A stretch of DNA of 64,000 nucleotides from Octopus sinensis (Eukaryota), in contig NC_043012.1 of the NCBI RefSeq assembly GCF_006345805.1, positions 4,526,001-4,590,000 of the forward strand. Direction: 5' to 3'. Below, in pieces: positions 28,010-41,900 of the stretch; position 1 is the stretch's first letter; each line of letters begins with the position of its first letter. The position numbers and the translations under genes are program-made. The notes beneath the pieces are model-generated. The model did not search any database. It was not told where the DNA came from and saw nothing but the letters and a program-made list of their open reading frames with translations.

Positions 28010-28190
28010 AGTGTAAGATATTGCTTGTGAATGCAGGTAGGGATTTCATCCCTAATATTTAGGATGTAATCTGTTTACTGTATGGTATTCAGTTTTTTAA
28101 TGATACAGAGTTTACATTCGGTACCTCGTCCTCTCTATTTTCTGGTTTTGGCAATGATGCTCCATTTTATTTGGAGATTACTTATTCCAC
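28010..28190 (-). mobile_element. Penelope-like 3' fragment (C-terminus of GIY-YIG ORF)
   Basis: [11 protein letters not shown]...[11 protein letters not shown]...[14 protein letters not shown] resembles the PLE IKWxI...CxLC...LNxRxE...CxH tail. Confidence 0.7.
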
Positions 28191-28195
28191 TTTCT

Positions 28196-28254
<59 letters not shown>

Positions 28255-28405
28255 ATGTATATATACATATATACCGACCGGACCATCAGCTGTTGTTACA
28301 CATCGCTGGTCACAATGCGCTCGCATTGTTTTAGCCTTCGAATGACGCCACCCCGCTGGCTAAGTGAGCAGGCCAATATATGTATATATATATATATATA
28401 TAGAT

Positions 28406-28437
<32 letters not shown>

Positions 28438-28441
28438 ATAA

Positions 28442-28624
28442 AATATTAGGGAATAAATCCAAACTTACAGGGAAAAATCAGATTTAGGATTAAATCCAAT
28501 TTTATAGTATAAATATATTATATTATATTATATTATATTAAATTAGAGATAAAACCACTATTAAGCAAACCAAACAATGAAAAACATAAGCAAATACATA
28601 AAATCAATTTAATTTATATTATTT

Positions 28625-28630
<6 letters not shown>
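28442..28630. repeat. Second, diverged copy of the repeat family at ~9070-9255, opposite orientation, no HHR part
   Basis: aatattagggaataaatccaaacttacaggg...aattagagataaaaccacta is shared with the 8777-9255 element. Confidence 0.85.
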
Positions 28631-28670
<40 letters not shown>

Positions 28671-29026
28671 TATATATGTGTGTATGTGCACGTGTGTGTA
28701 CATGTGTATGCGTATGGGTGGGTGTGTGTGTGTATTTGTCTCGCTGTTAACAGCGCTTGACTACCGGCATTGGTTTGTTCATGTCACCGTAATCATAGCG
28801 GTTCGGCAAAAGATACCGATAGAATAAGTGCCAGACTTAAATAAGTACTGGATCAATTAGGTCGTCTAAACCCTTCAAGGCGAGCTCAAGGCATGGCGGT
28901 AGTAACAGAAATAAATAAATAAATAAATAATAAAAAAGAGGAAGGAAAGAAGGATGGGTGAGAAAGAGAGTTGAACGAGAGAACGAAAACGGGTTGAAGA
29001 GAGTTGAATCGATTGGTGATACTCAC

Positions 29027-29141
29027 TTTGGTCTTGCCAATGCCGCAGTTCTGTAATTTCACTTCATTGATGATCATCTCACATTTCTTCTGCGGTTCAA
29101 TTAGTTGATCTTGCAAGTCATATTTGAGCAAATGACCGTAC
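29027..29141 (-). CDS. CHS: Myosin converter exon (YGHLLKYD...CEMIINEVKLQNCGIGKTK), phase 2 to 0
   Basis: actcag acceptor, GTGAGT donor; GKTK motif. Confidence 0.93.
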
Positions 29142-29508
29142 CTGAGTTAAAATAATACGAGTGAGTGAAGGAATGGGTAAGGTGTGTATATATACATGTA
29201 CGTATGTATGTACGTACGTACGTGTATATGTATGTATGATCCTATGTATGTATGCATGTATGCATGTACGTACGTGTGTATGTACGTACGTGTGTATGTA
29301 TGTTCGTATGCATGTATGAGTGTGTATGCGTATGTGTGTGTATATTTATACAATATGTACGCACATATGTATACATAGGTTTGTATATATGTCTCTCTCT
29401 CTCTATATTTATATATGTATTTATGTATGTGCATATGTATAAATATATAACTAAAATAGGTGTTTCTAAATATATAAATCACACACATATATATATATCT
29501 GTTTTTTC

Positions 29509-29553
<45 letters not shown>

Positions 29554-30138
29554 TATACATACACACACACACATATATGAAAACAAATGTATATATATAT
29601 ATTCTTGTATATATATATATGTATATTCATGTATTTATACACACACACACTCTCTCTCTCATACACACACACATATTGATAAATGCTGATGATGTTGCTT
29701 TAGATCAATCTTGATTGAGCAAAACCATGATCAAAAGCATTTCAGCTCTGACCAAGCAGGTCTTTCAATGGTTATCCAGGATTACCTTGTCCGCTGCTTT
29801 ATTCCACTCTCAAGATGAGGAGCCGGGGTTGGGGATTGAATTGATAGAAACTTGGCCGCTATAGGATATATTGTACTACGTCGTTTATGACATACATAAA
29901 AGGACGAGTTAATTGCAAATGAAAAAACTCTTTGAATCTTTGGCAAAATGTTTGCTCCACAAGGAATGACCGAGAACTAAACAACAACAATAGCAGCAGC
30001 AAAGAAAACAACAACAACAATAGCAGCAGCAAAGAAAGCAACAACAACAGCAACAAGAATAATCACAATTATTAATTCAAAGATTATCAACATGACCAAT
30101 GCCAAGTAATATAAAAAATGCGGGTTGCTTTACGGTAC

Positions 30139-30288
30139 CTTTTAGAAAATTTCGCAAATGGCAGTCTTATAGGATAGCCATCTTTTCGAATATTTGCAGC
30201 TTCGGTCAACCCACTGGCCCTCAACTGTTGTTGCATGCATCGATGATCGAACTTGTTCGGTTTTAAGTGGGTGTTCGGCTTCAGACAT
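30139..30288 (-). CDS. CHS: Myosin-motor exon (CLKPNTHLKPNKFD...QLRASGLTEAANIRKDGYPIRLPFAKFSK), phase 2 to 2
   Basis: cccctctag acceptor, AG|GTACCG donor; CxKPN and GYPxR motifs. Confidence 0.95.
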
Positions 30289-31069
30289 CTAGAGGGGAAA
30301 ATAATTACAACCTCATTAATTATTTTAACTTTTAGATTCTTTATTGATTTCAGTCTTTATTGTTTATTGATTTAAGTCTAGGATCGATCATAGTGCTTAT
30401 ATTATTGATCCTTGTTTTATCAAATAACTATGTTACATTCAAATATAAGGCAGGCAGTTTTTTTACATCGCTATCTTGACAAAAATATCTGAGAGACTTT
30501 AAAAGAATGGAGTTAGATATTTTCAAGAAGCTCTTTGATCTTTTGTTGTCCAAGAACCGAGATGAACCTAGATTGCGGCAGAAAACTCCCAAAACTCCCT
30601 CCTTTACCAAAAGCCAACCACAAGAGAAAAGCCATTAAAAATGTGATGTTACTGGCGGTGTCCCAATATGTTCACAGCCTTCGAGCTGAAATGCACAAAA
30701 GAATAAAAGAATATATATATATATATATATCATGGCACTCCGTCGGTTGCGACAACGAGGGTTCTGCAGTTGATGCGATCAACGGAACAGCCTCCTCGTG
30801 AAATTAACTTGTACTTCACAGACACGTGTACCCTTAATTTAGTTCTCAGGGAGATTCAGCGTGACACAGAGTATGACAAGGCTGACCCTTTGAAATACAG
30901 GTACAACAGAAACAGGAAGAAAGAGTGAGAAAAAGTTGTGGTGCCGGAGCTTCGTGAAGCTTTAGGTGTTTTCTCTCAATAAACACTCACAATATCCTGT
31001 CTGGGAATCGACCACGAGTTTGCTGCCCTAACCATTGGGCCATTGCGCCTCACACACACATACACACAC

Positions 31070-31169
<100 letters not shown>

Positions 31170-31223
31170 TCACACATATATACACATTGCTTCTGCCGTG
31201 ACATTAATTCCATTATATCTTAC

Positions 31224-31279
31224 CTGACAAACAAAAGCTTCGATTGATTTAATTTGGTTTGAAGTTGTCTAAGAGATTT
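31224..31279 (-). CDS. CHS: Myosin-motor exon (KSLRQLQTKLNQSKLLFVR), phase 0 to 2
   Basis: ttctag acceptor, CAG|GTAAGA donor; supplies the FVR of FVRCxKPN. Confidence 0.92.
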
Positions 31280-32462
31280 CTAGAATTTAAAGAAAAAGAT
31301 GAGTAATATTGAATATTATTTCTGAAGGTAATTCTAAAGGCAGACTCACCCAACAGATATTAAGTTAAAATTAACATAAAAAACAAACAAATAAACAAAA
31401 GAACCCCAAGAAAATATCAAAAAGTATCATCCCTCCTCCTCGAAAAATATGAACGAAAGGCAACAAAGCAAAACAATCACGTGACACGAATTAACACGTG
31501 ACAGATCATCATGTGAAATTGCACCAGTAATATTTCGATTAATATCTTTAGACCTTCAAGTTTTGTCTTCTGACAAAAATTTTGTCCAGTTCTTTTTGAT
31601 TGGAATTTCCGTTGGCAGAATACCAATCTTAATTTTTTTCACCCAACTCTTAAATCATGTTGTGTTTTGTATACTTACTTTGTTCAGAATGGGTCTAGAC
31701 AAACACTTTCTGATAATTTTTACTTAACACTCATAAAGATTAACGTTAATCATAAAGATTACGGGCATTCATTCTTTGAAGTTTAAGCTGGTGCAAACTT
31801 TCGATAATTCTCACATTACAAAACCTTGCTTCTAAATTTCTGCTGAAATGCTATTACGCTTGATGGGAAAGAAATTAGTTGTTTTTGTGGTTCTTCTGAC
31901 TCAGTAATGTAGCCCAATGCCTTTATAATGAGATTGCTGGTTTTTAACTTTTGGGCATTTTTAATTTATGATAATACCACATATGTTTCAGAGACTATGA
32001 ACGTTTCTGATAAAAGTTTACGCGAATCCGTTCCCTTTTGCTTCAAGTATTCTAATCAATCTCCATTCTGTAGTTGGGAAGCTGCAACTGCCATTGTTGT
32101 TGTTTAACTCCGGATCAGTCCAGATCAGACAAACAGATGGCTAAGAGACATTCCAAGCGCAACCATCCTGCTTCTTTTTATATCAATGACAATGTGCCGT
32201 TTCATTTTTAAAGCGGCAGGACGTAATTTGAGAGAGATTTGGTTGTTATTCAAGCGACCACGCAGGCTGTCCGTAGATGTTGGTTTATTTCTCTAGATAG
32301 AAAACACCTTAAAATGAGTATTAGATGTCTACAATTAACTGAATCAAACAACTCCTACAAATCCCTGTGTCTAAAAATATGATTTTCTTTTGCGGATAGA
32401 ATATTTCTAATCTACAATGTCTGCTTTTTTTTTTATTAATCCATATAATCAAAATGGCATTA

Positions 32463-32680
32463 CAGTAATCCCTCGACTATTGCGGTTGTTACGCCCCACC
32501 CCCGCGATATGTGAAAATCTGCGAAGTAGAAACAGTACTGTACTGTATATTATTAAAAGTATTTTTATTACTTGTATATATTTATTTTATTATAAATGCA
32601 AAACTACACCACGGAGGAATGGACGTAAGCTTAAATAATAAATCGCGATAGGTGAACCGCGATATGACGAGGGATTTCTG
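32463..32680. mobile_element. Tigger/pogo-like MITE
   Basis: TA|CAGTAATCCCTCG...CGAGGGATTTCTG|TA; ~26-bp imperfect TIRs. Confidence 0.85.
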
Positions 32681-33032
32681 TATTTCCATCATTTGAGTGT
32701 GTCTCATCAGGAAGGGCTTCCAGAGAACGTCACCTCCCAGTTTGGTTACGAAGGTATACTTACACGCGAGAGTTATTTGAAGCTGTAGGAAACTCTTGAG
32801 GTTTTTCAGAATCAGTGTTGCCCTTTTTCTCTAGTTATAACTCCTAGCCTTGGTCCTCAACATATGGGGATTTGTAATAAAACTTTAAAGCTTCTCGCAG
32901 ACCAATGACTTTTGATTTAGTTTCTAACATAATGTCTCGTGAAGACATAGTCAAGAAGTTAACACTCTTTAAATCTTAATGGAATCAATGTGACTTTTGT
33001 CTTTGAACAACTTGTTTAATGCCGTTACAGGC

Positions 33033-33064
<32 letters not shown>

Positions 33065-34230
33065 GTGGGTCACCCCATAAATAATGCGGTTTTTTTATAC
33101 TTCTTTTATTTTCCAAAATTAAGATGTAGTTTTTTTAAAATCTAAAATATACTTTCCTTCATTTTCTACAATACTTTTTCGTCTATCTGGTAGATTTGCA
33201 AGGCCCTTTTTCTTAAATTCACTTGTCCGTGACGAAAAATACTCTTCCAGAACTGTTCTGACCTCATCTACAGAATTCATATTTTTTCCGTTCAAATGAT
33301 TTTGAAAACTGCAGAATAAATGATAATCAGATGGGGTAATATCCGGCGAATATGGTGGGTGGGGCAACGTTTCCCATTCAAACTGCTCCAGCTTTTGGGA
33401 TGTCATCCTCGCTGTATATGGCTGAGCCTTATCCTGATGGAAGAACATCTTTCGTCTTGAAACCAAAGATGGTCGTTTTTCTTCTAGCGCTGACTTCAGT
33501 CGCTCAAGCTGTTCGAAGCAGATCTCCTTTGTTATCGTTTGGTTTAGGTTTAAAAGTTCAAAGTGAATTAAACCTTTCATATCCCATTTTTTTTGACATT
33601 TTTGTAGAGAACCTATTTCTCATCGCCAGTCACTATTCAGTTGAAAAAAAGGTTCATTCGTGAGACGTGATAGCAAAGAGGAGCACACAATCACTCTCTG
33701 CACGCGATTAAACTCGGAAAGTTTGTGAGGAACCCATTGTCCCAATTTGCCGACTTTTCCGATGGCATGCAGCTGTTGGTAAATAGTTGAATGACCAAAT
33801 CGAAGCTTCTCTGCTAGTTTCTCAACAGTTGCGATGGGATTTTGGTCCGTCAGGGTTTGCAGGATGTCCACATCGAGCTCTACAAATCTTCCAGGACGAG
33901 GCTTGTCTTCTAGGCTGCAGTTTCCGGCTCGGAATTTCTGGAACCATCGTTGACACGAGCTTAAGCTTATTGTCCGATCTCCATATACTGCATTAATATT
34001 CCTCGCACTTTCTGGTGCGTTGTTGCCTTTATTGAGTTCCTTTGTCACTTCCATTATAGCTTTGAAAAATAACTGTTAAAATCGAACTGCACTCTTCAAA
34101 ACTTACATTAAGAATAAAGACAAAATTATTACCTACTTTTATAGCAAGTTGATGCAGGTAATTTATCTCGTCTCCATTCCGACTTTTAGTTCATGCAATT
34201 GAAAAAAACTACATTATTTATGGGATGACT

Positions 34231-34233
<3 letters not shown>
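33065..34233 (-). mobile_element. Decayed mariner (Tc1/mariner, D34D) transposon
   Basis: ~30-bp imperfect TIRs with TA on both sides; WVPHKL, TGDEK*, HQDKA and YSPDITPSDY motifs with 34 residues between the last two Asp. Frameshift, stop codon and an internal deletion between NVKK and WDMKG. Confidence 0.95.
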
Positions 34234-34269
<36 letters not shown>

Positions 34270-34275
<6 letters not shown>

Positions 34276-34950
34276 CTTTTCCATATTTGTAGGAACAATT
34301 GCCAGAAATGAGTTTTCAAAGATCTTCCTCATTCCTTCCACAGATTTCAACAGGAATAGAACTGGGACTAGGCGCTTCGTTATGACACATTTGGCAGATA
34401 ACAATATCTTGTCCCTTATGAATTCGAGGTGATGACATTCATGGCTGCTTGGAGAAAATGGGAAAAATCAACACCATAGCTATCAAAGACTGTTGGTGAC
34501 CTGCTCAATAGATTGTTGAAGAATTCAGTCCAATGATTCGAAATTACTTCATCATCTGCCCAAATGCCATTGTCTTTAGTTTCCATTGGCGTTGGTGCTG
34601 TTTTGAATGGGAATTTCATAGATGGCTCTGATAGCAGAGCAAAAGTCAGGTATATGATGCTAATTAATACAGCTTTGGATTTAACAGACTTTGGTTTGTC
34701 ATCAGTTGTTTTGACTTCTGCGGATTTAAGATTGAACGTCGTCTGCACTTGTCAATAGCAGTCTTTCTTGCAGGAATTTTCGGTTGAGTTGAGCTTGTAG
34801 AAATCCGTATTGTTTTCTTTAAACGACTGATATTTGCTGCAAGATAATTCTTTTTGCGATTCAGCTACCGGAAGCAGACAAATCCATTGCAAATTCGAAC
34901 TGGCTGCATTCGAGATTTTGTGATATGGGAGTTCAGTTTTTACTACCAAC
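34270..34950 (-). mobile_element. LINE fragment (region between endonuclease and RT, RTE-like)
   Basis: TKDNGIWADDEVISNHWTEFFNNLL resembles the 'K..IL.RW.E.F..LLN' linker. Confidence 0.55.
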
Positions 34951-35016
34951 GGACAAGGATTCGAATACTCCTAGGCGTCCGGTATGTGTGTATTCGTACA
35001 CACACACACACACACA

Positions 35017-35047
<31 letters not shown>

Positions 35048-35483
35048 CATGCTTACATATATACACAAAGATATATATATGCATAAGCAGTAAATAAAGA
35101 TTAGTCTACAAATGAAACATGATAGTAGAACCACAGCCACAAAAAAGAAACAAAAAAGAAGGAAAAAAGTAAAAAAACATGGAGCAATAACTGACAACAA
35201 CAACAATAACAACAATTGCATTAAACATTACTTATTACCGCCACCACACATTCATTAATTAATTTACATAGAAGCCCCAACTCCACTTTCATCCTCATCA
35301 TCACCGCCACCACGACTACGAATACTATCACTACCACTACTGCTATATTACCACTTGTGCTCAATGTGCTTCACAGAAATACTAGCGAAATGCCACCTCT
35401 GACCTTGGAGTAGTCTAAGAGGTTGTGTGCTATACATGCCAACGTGTGGGATTCAGTGTACTCATTATTAAAACACTACTTAC

Positions 35484-35507
35484 TTGAAAAGATTTCAAAT
35501 TCGATAT
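35484..35507 (-). CDS. CHS: 24-nt microexon (ISNLKSFQ), phase 0 to 0
   Basis: Pyrimidine tract plus ctcag acceptor, GTAAGT donor; sits where myosin TV-x-x-F(K/R) precedes SL. Confidence 0.7.
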
Positions 35508-35959
35508 CTGAGATATAATGAAAAATTCAAATAATAATGAAAAAAAAAAAGAGAAATAATTTGCGCTTCTTTTCAAATAAAACTATATTATTATATTTCA
35601 TAGCGAAAGCTTCATATATTTCACATATCACATTTAGATGCACACATATATAGTTATGAAGAGGCATGTACGAGTGTATATATGAATATATATACAAAGT
35701 TGATTTATTCCTAAGCTTCTATGCGGTGACTTCTGTGGTTAAATATGCGTTTGTTTTTTGTCAAGTAAAATACTAAAATATTAGATAGTAATCTTGATTT
35801 TTAAAATTTGTATTCAGCAAAAAAACAAAAAAAACAAACCAAAAAACAAAGAGCCCGTGATTTAATTATGTCAAGTGTTATTAGTTAGCAGTTAAGGAAA
35901 TTGAGATATTCAGAGTGGTCACCTGATACGAGCTTTTTCTTCCATTTACGCTTTTCAAC

Positions 35960-36225
35960 CCCAGCACATGAAAGTGGACATCGTAAGAACCATCAAAGTG
36001 AACAAATATAGATGGGCTGGTCACATCGCGAGACTCAAGGACAACAAAGAGACAATGAGGGCGACGGAATGGACACCAAGACAATAGACAAGATCAAGAG
36101 GCCGACCAAGATGGTGAGATGATCTCACCCGCTGTCTGGGGCCTACATAGTCACGACTGGTCAGAGACAGACAGCAGTGGAAGGAATCTAGGTAAGGGTT
36201 CCTCCTTCAGTAGTGACGAAGCCCA
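35960..36225 (+). mobile_element. RTE LINE 3' fragment
   Basis: DIVRTIKVNKYRWAGHIARLKDN...TEWTPR. Confidence 0.8.
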
Positions 36226-37148
36226 GGATAAAGTAACCCCAAATTCTTTTATGACAAAATTATATAAACATATACACTCCCCCACGAACGTGCATTTATA
36301 CATTCACACAGACATACACACACACATATACTTTTATTTATAACGATTTTATTTTTACTTTTAAACCTGTTGCATAAATAACTTTGAATATTTAGATTGA
36401 TGCTAAACATTTTCTATATAATATATCTACATTACTATAGACGCAGTGTAGCCGAATGATTAAGCAGTTCACATTGCAATCGCAGTGTCCCAGGTTCGAT
36501 TTCACAGATTGGCATCTTGGGCAAATTACTTTTATTAAAGAAACCTTGAGCCTACCAACCCTTTGTGGCTGAAATTGGCCAAACGGAAACTGTGAAGAAG
36601 CCGTCAAGTGGACAGGTTGTACCTATAACTCATTAGTACAACCTTGTCCCACTGCATCACGTTGATTTTGCTCGAGTATTATGCACGTGGAATACTCAGC
36701 CGTTAAACGCTAATTCACTGAGCAGTTATAAGTTCATCGAACAAAATTGAAAATCCATTGTCGAAAACCAAGGAAATCCTTTTGCTTGCTGTACAGGATG
36801 TAATATTAGAAACTTGTTTCAATAGTTTGAGGACTCGCTGTGTATTGCTCTAAATTTCTATCCCTGTGAGAAATTTTCTACATTGTTATTAAAACTATGT
36901 TTAAACTTTACGATTTAATTTCTCGAGTAATTCAATGTTATATTCTATATATAATTTACTATTATATATAAATTTTATATATGACTTAATATTACGTATA
37001 ACATAAGGAACAAAAAAATTTACCACTAAAAATTTTGCGTTGAAAAATCCCACTAAACAATTCTGGGCATGTTCAAGTTTTATTAGACTTCTTCAGCAAA
37101 TTATATATATTTAAATATATGTGTTAAAATTCGTTTTGGTTCACTTAC

Positions 37149-37191
37149 AAGAAGTATGTTAGCCCAACTCTGTTCTTCATGAAAAAGTTTC
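37149..37191 (-). CDS. Candidate exon (KLFHEEQSWANILL), phase 2 to 0
   Basis: GTAAGT donor and aag acceptor; bridges phase 2 to the phase-0 exon at 35507. Confidence 0.5.
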
Positions 37192-37479
37192 CTTATATAA
37201 AGAGACATTTTGTGGTTGCAGTGTTTTAAGCTTGTTGTTTAACAATAATAATAATGGTTATTGAAGGAGAAGTTAGAATATTAAATCGTCGATCTCAGTA
37301 TTTGATTGGTTCATTGTTTTAAGAACCTTGCAAGAATGAAGAGCTAAGAAGACACTCGAAGGATTTGAATTAAAAATATAAAGAACCGGGGTGAATATCG
37401 CAAGGCAATTTGTCTAACGCCCAAACGATTCTGCTAATTCATTGTTCTTGATACAACAACAACAGCAGCAGGAAGTATC

Positions 37480-37700
37480 AGCACTCAGCTACCAGCACGA
37501 CTCAAAAAGATTGGTGCAAATGTGAAGGTAGAACACCGTCAAAACTCAGCATTGTTTGGAACTGCAAGAATTCTTCGCAGGGTTCTTGAAGCACGACCAA
37601 GTGTTACCTTAGTCTGCTGGCTGTGGACAGCTGACACTTTCCATCATACCTAGCAAAATAAGCTGAGAGTTTTCATCAGATAATAATAATAATAATAGAA
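37480..37700 (+). mobile_element. RLE LINE 3' end with (TAA)n tail
   Basis: QNSALFGTARILRRVLEA, then a short 3' UTR and taataataat. Confidence 0.75.
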
Positions 37701-38081
37701 ATTCTTTTTATTACAGGCACATGACCTGGAATATTGGAGTTGGGGTAAGTCGAGCTTATATCGACCCCAGTGCTCAAAAATGACAAGCGTAATCGACTTC
37801 GGTTTTTGCTTTTAGTAATAATACTTTTTAGTAAAAGCTCAAGACCTGAAATTTTATGGGAGAGGGCGGCTAATTCATTATATCAACCCCATTATATGAC
37901 TGGTATTTTATTCTATCGTCCCCGAAAGGATAATAATAATAATAATAAACATAATAATAATATATAATAATAATAAACATAATATAATAATAATATAATA
38001 TAATAATAATATAATATAATAATAATAAACATAATAATAATAATATAATAATAATAATAATAATAAATAATAATAATAAAC

Positions 38082-38124
<43 letters not shown>

Positions 38125-38274
38125 GCGTTTGATTAATTGTCACAGGGGCGACGAATTGGTAACATTATAAAGATAGGATGCCAAAAACGGATGATTTTAA
38201 ACGAAAAGAATAAAAAGAAAAGTACACGTTGAAAAGAAAACAAAATGCAAAAAAAGCAAATGTCATGCACTTAC

Positions 38275-38294
38275 CTGAAAAAGGGGTCATTCAC
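38275..38294 (-). CDS. Candidate 20-nt microexon (VNDPFF-R), phase 0 to 2
   Basis: ctgtttttccttag acceptor and CAG|GTAAGT donor; phase fits 37191. Upstream partner not identified. Confidence 0.35.
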
Positions 38295-38875
38295 CTAAGG
38301 AAAAACAGGGTGCCCTACAAAACTTTACACGTTCTTCAAGACTAATAGAGGAGCCTTCACTTTATTAGGAAATTCCAAATACTAACCCAAATTGGAAGCA
38401 TCCAGCGAAACCAGGCTCGCTGTTTTCACAGACCTTACAGCAGCAAATTTAGTGGAGGGCAGTCATTCCCTCCTCTCCCACTCACCGTTTATTAACGCTG
38501 CACTTAAAAGCCTGGTGATACCAGTTATCTATTTATTGACCAGAGAGTTACAAGCTAAACACACATCAGCCACACGGTATCTCAGCTCTTATACATATAA
38601 TATGGTTTATATGTTTTTACGGAGATGCCAATGAAGGAGTCTGTGTATGGTCCTCTGTTCTGCTAGAAATTGCCAATCACCTCGCTGCAAATAACACATT
38701 ATCCTCTTACAAACTGATACACGTTTCTAATTCCAGTTATACCACGTATACAATTTAGAATGGACTGTTGTAGTCATGGATGGAACTCCCTTGATTGCAG
38801 GTCTTCTCGAGCAGGACTGACCTGGGGCTAAACATTCAAAAGAATCAACGCAAGTATTTGCAGTACTGGAAATGG

Positions 38876-38938
<63 letters not shown>

Positions 38939-39452
38939 TTTGTGTATGTGTGTGCGTGCGCGTGTATGTGTGTGGATGGTGGTGGTGGGGGAATGGCACC
39001 TAAAAATTGTTGAGATTGAATTCACTGCCAATATTTCGATGTTATTGCAGGTCAGTAATCAGATCTGCAATCAAAAGCGTTCCAGAAGTGACGATCCAGT
39101 CTTTTTATTATTTTTCTTTTACAGCTGCACATTATCTAAAACTGCTTGGCTGCTATTTTTTAGCAGGCTAAGCAATAACATGAGGAATTTTCACGTCAGC
39201 TCAAGGCGATGTCTTTGTTGTTGCTGTTGTTGTTGTTGTTGTCGTTGTGTGTGTGCGTAACTAGTACTTATTTCATCGGCCCCGAAAGGCAAAGTCGACC
39301 TCGGTGGAACGTAGCGGCAGACGAAATACCGCTAAGCAGTATTCTGTATAGTCATGTGTGTGTGTGTGTGTGTGTTTGTGCGTGCATGTATGTATGTATA
39401 ATTGTATGTATGTATGTATGAAGATGTGTGTGTGTGTGTGTGTATGTGTGTG

Positions 39453-39498
<46 letters not shown>

Positions 39499-39919
39499 GT
39501 GTGTACCTCTGCTTCCTTATCAGTGCGTGTTAAGTACGTTTATATAAACCTAGCCTAAAAATGCTACCTGTGATAGAATATTATCCCTTCATAGGTATGA
39601 CTCTTCGCTGAATCACTTGACACAGTGAAACGGGGTCTGAACGACTGCCGTCGGGGATTTCCGAGTGTATTTTTCATTTATCAGTTTGCAGTTAGACGGA
39701 TTAACGTTAAAGATAATAGCTTAGTGTATCCACATAGGACACTCTGAAATATCACAATAGTTGTGATACCTTAACTTGCTGTTGTTGTTGCTATGCATAT
39801 GTGCATACACACATTCCAACACACACACACACACACACATACATATAGATAGGTGGATATGATCACATATATAACTTTATATACATCATACATACAGTTA
39901 CGTAATATAATTATATCAT

Positions 39920-39952
<33 letters not shown>

Positions 39953-40064
39953 ATTACCCACTGGGTGGCAAGTGTCTTCTACTATAGCCTCGGGCCGACC
40001 ACCAAGCTTTGTGAGTGGATTTTGGTAGACGGAAACTGAAAGAAGCTCGTCGTATATATATATA

Positions 40065-40113
<49 letters not shown>

Positions 40114-40739
40114 GTGTGTGTGTGTGTGTGTGCTTGTATGCTTGTGTGTCTATGTTTGTCCCCCCACCATCTATCTATCTATCATCTATCTATCTATCTA
40201 TCTACTATATATCTATCTATAACTGAAAACCGAGAGATGAGTTGAGATTTATTCACAGCCAAAACTTTTCATCAAAAGTTTTCTATAGCATATACACCAA
40301 TCACCAACATATATTTCTACTGCAGAAACTACACATTGCTCTGTATGCAATTATGCATCCTAGTCTCTGCAATTTCCTCAAAGGTCCATCGTTTACGACG
40401 TTTTCAAAGTGAACTAATTCAAACAAGCTTCCTGCGTTAAAGCTGATAGCTCTACTCTTTAAATCGAACTGAATTCTGGTCTTACAATCACCTCCACGGG
40501 TTTTACAGTTGAATCGTGGTTTGAAAATATTTATTTATATAACTACTAATTCTAGCAGTTTTGTTTACATTTTACTTACATTTTGCTGTATGGAATACAT
40601 TATTTATTCAGAGGTATTCCACTTAATTTGGGTTTATACCCTCAATTAATATTATTGCTATTATTATTATAATTATATTTATTAGTATCACAATCATTAT
40701 TTGAAGTAGTATAATTACTATAAATGGTAAATTGCTTCT

Positions 40740-41900
40740 TTAAATCGTTTTAACGTATATTTTGCCCAGTGTTGATATCTCATAGCCTGTTCCTATCTAG
40801 TAATTATAAGAGTAAATTTAGAAGTGAAAATTTGGTACATTTCTTACCAAAATTTTGTACATATCTTACAAAAGCCACATCTATTATCGCCTATTCTATA
40901 AGGATTTACCTTACTAATTATTTCCCACGCAATCGAAAATACTTTATTATCTTTTAGTGCCCAAATCAGCTTACTAGGGTTGGTAGTATTCATTTTGTTT
41001 CAATTTCTAAACGAACTTAAATGATTGACAATTCTCTGTTTAATATAACATGAGCTAACTTCTAAATAGAAATACTCTCTAGTCTCTGAGGTAATCTTAC
41101 ATCTGTATACGCTATTTTTATGCCTACAGTTAGAGTTAAGTGGAAAGACCCTGTTCCTTGTACAATCGCATTTAATAGTTCTAATATTTCTATTAATTGC
41201 ATTCGCTTCACCTTCTCTAGATGTGATTTCTATATTTTCCTTTCTATTAGTCTTTTGCACATAGGCAACATTCTTAGTACTGTGCTTTTTAGGATTCATA
41301 TCTTCTACCTCTAGGCTAACCGGGAAGTTCACTCGGGTCTCTTCTATTTTATTGGTCGTCAAACCATTGTTCCTATCCTGATAACTAGTTGTGTTATTTG
41401 TATAACATGAGTTGTTTGCTCATGTTGACATTGTTGCTATTTATTGATCTATAATTACAACCCTAGTTGCTATCATTGTTATTGTTCATGTTTGTAAAAG
41501 TGTAATCTATTTATCCGGTCCCTATTACAGCATAAGCTTTGTTTACCATTACATGACATTACATTTGTCAGTTATTTGTACAATACTCTTTACAGAGTTT
41601 ATGTACGTTTACCTCCTTGATTGAATGGGAACTCTTAGTAAGTCCATTCATATCTAAGCCGCTTTGTACCTTATTTAGCATAGATTCAATTAAATTTGTA
41701 CTCCTAGTTTTGTTCATAGGTACTGTATTGTTACATTCTAATTACACAGACTCCCTACATTCTAATTGCACAGATTTCCCATCTTTTAATCTTCCTACTC
41801 TCTGTTCCTTCTGGTTACTAATTTGCTTATTGTCAGGATGGTTCATCCTGCTACTTATAGTATTTCTGTTATTACTACTGTTAAAGAATTTTAATTTTTC
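40740..41900 (-). mobile_element. Decayed Penelope-like element, GIY-YIG endonuclease region
   Basis: KCDCTRNRVFPLNSNCRHKNSVYRCKI...YFYLEVSS..IKQRIVNHLSSFRN, then (shifted) SKLIWALKD...KIISKVNPY...RCG. The upper boundary is approximate. Confidence 0.8.

Noticed and set aside
37059-37102. Minus-strand CTGAAGA-AGT...ACT-TGAACATGCC as a decayed hammerhead
   Set aside because: It needs at least two core corrections and a bulged helix I, which is too degenerate to call.
39568-39745. Exon candidate with a tttcag acceptor and CAG|GTAGCA donor
   Set aside because: All three frames from that acceptor hit stop codons before the donor.
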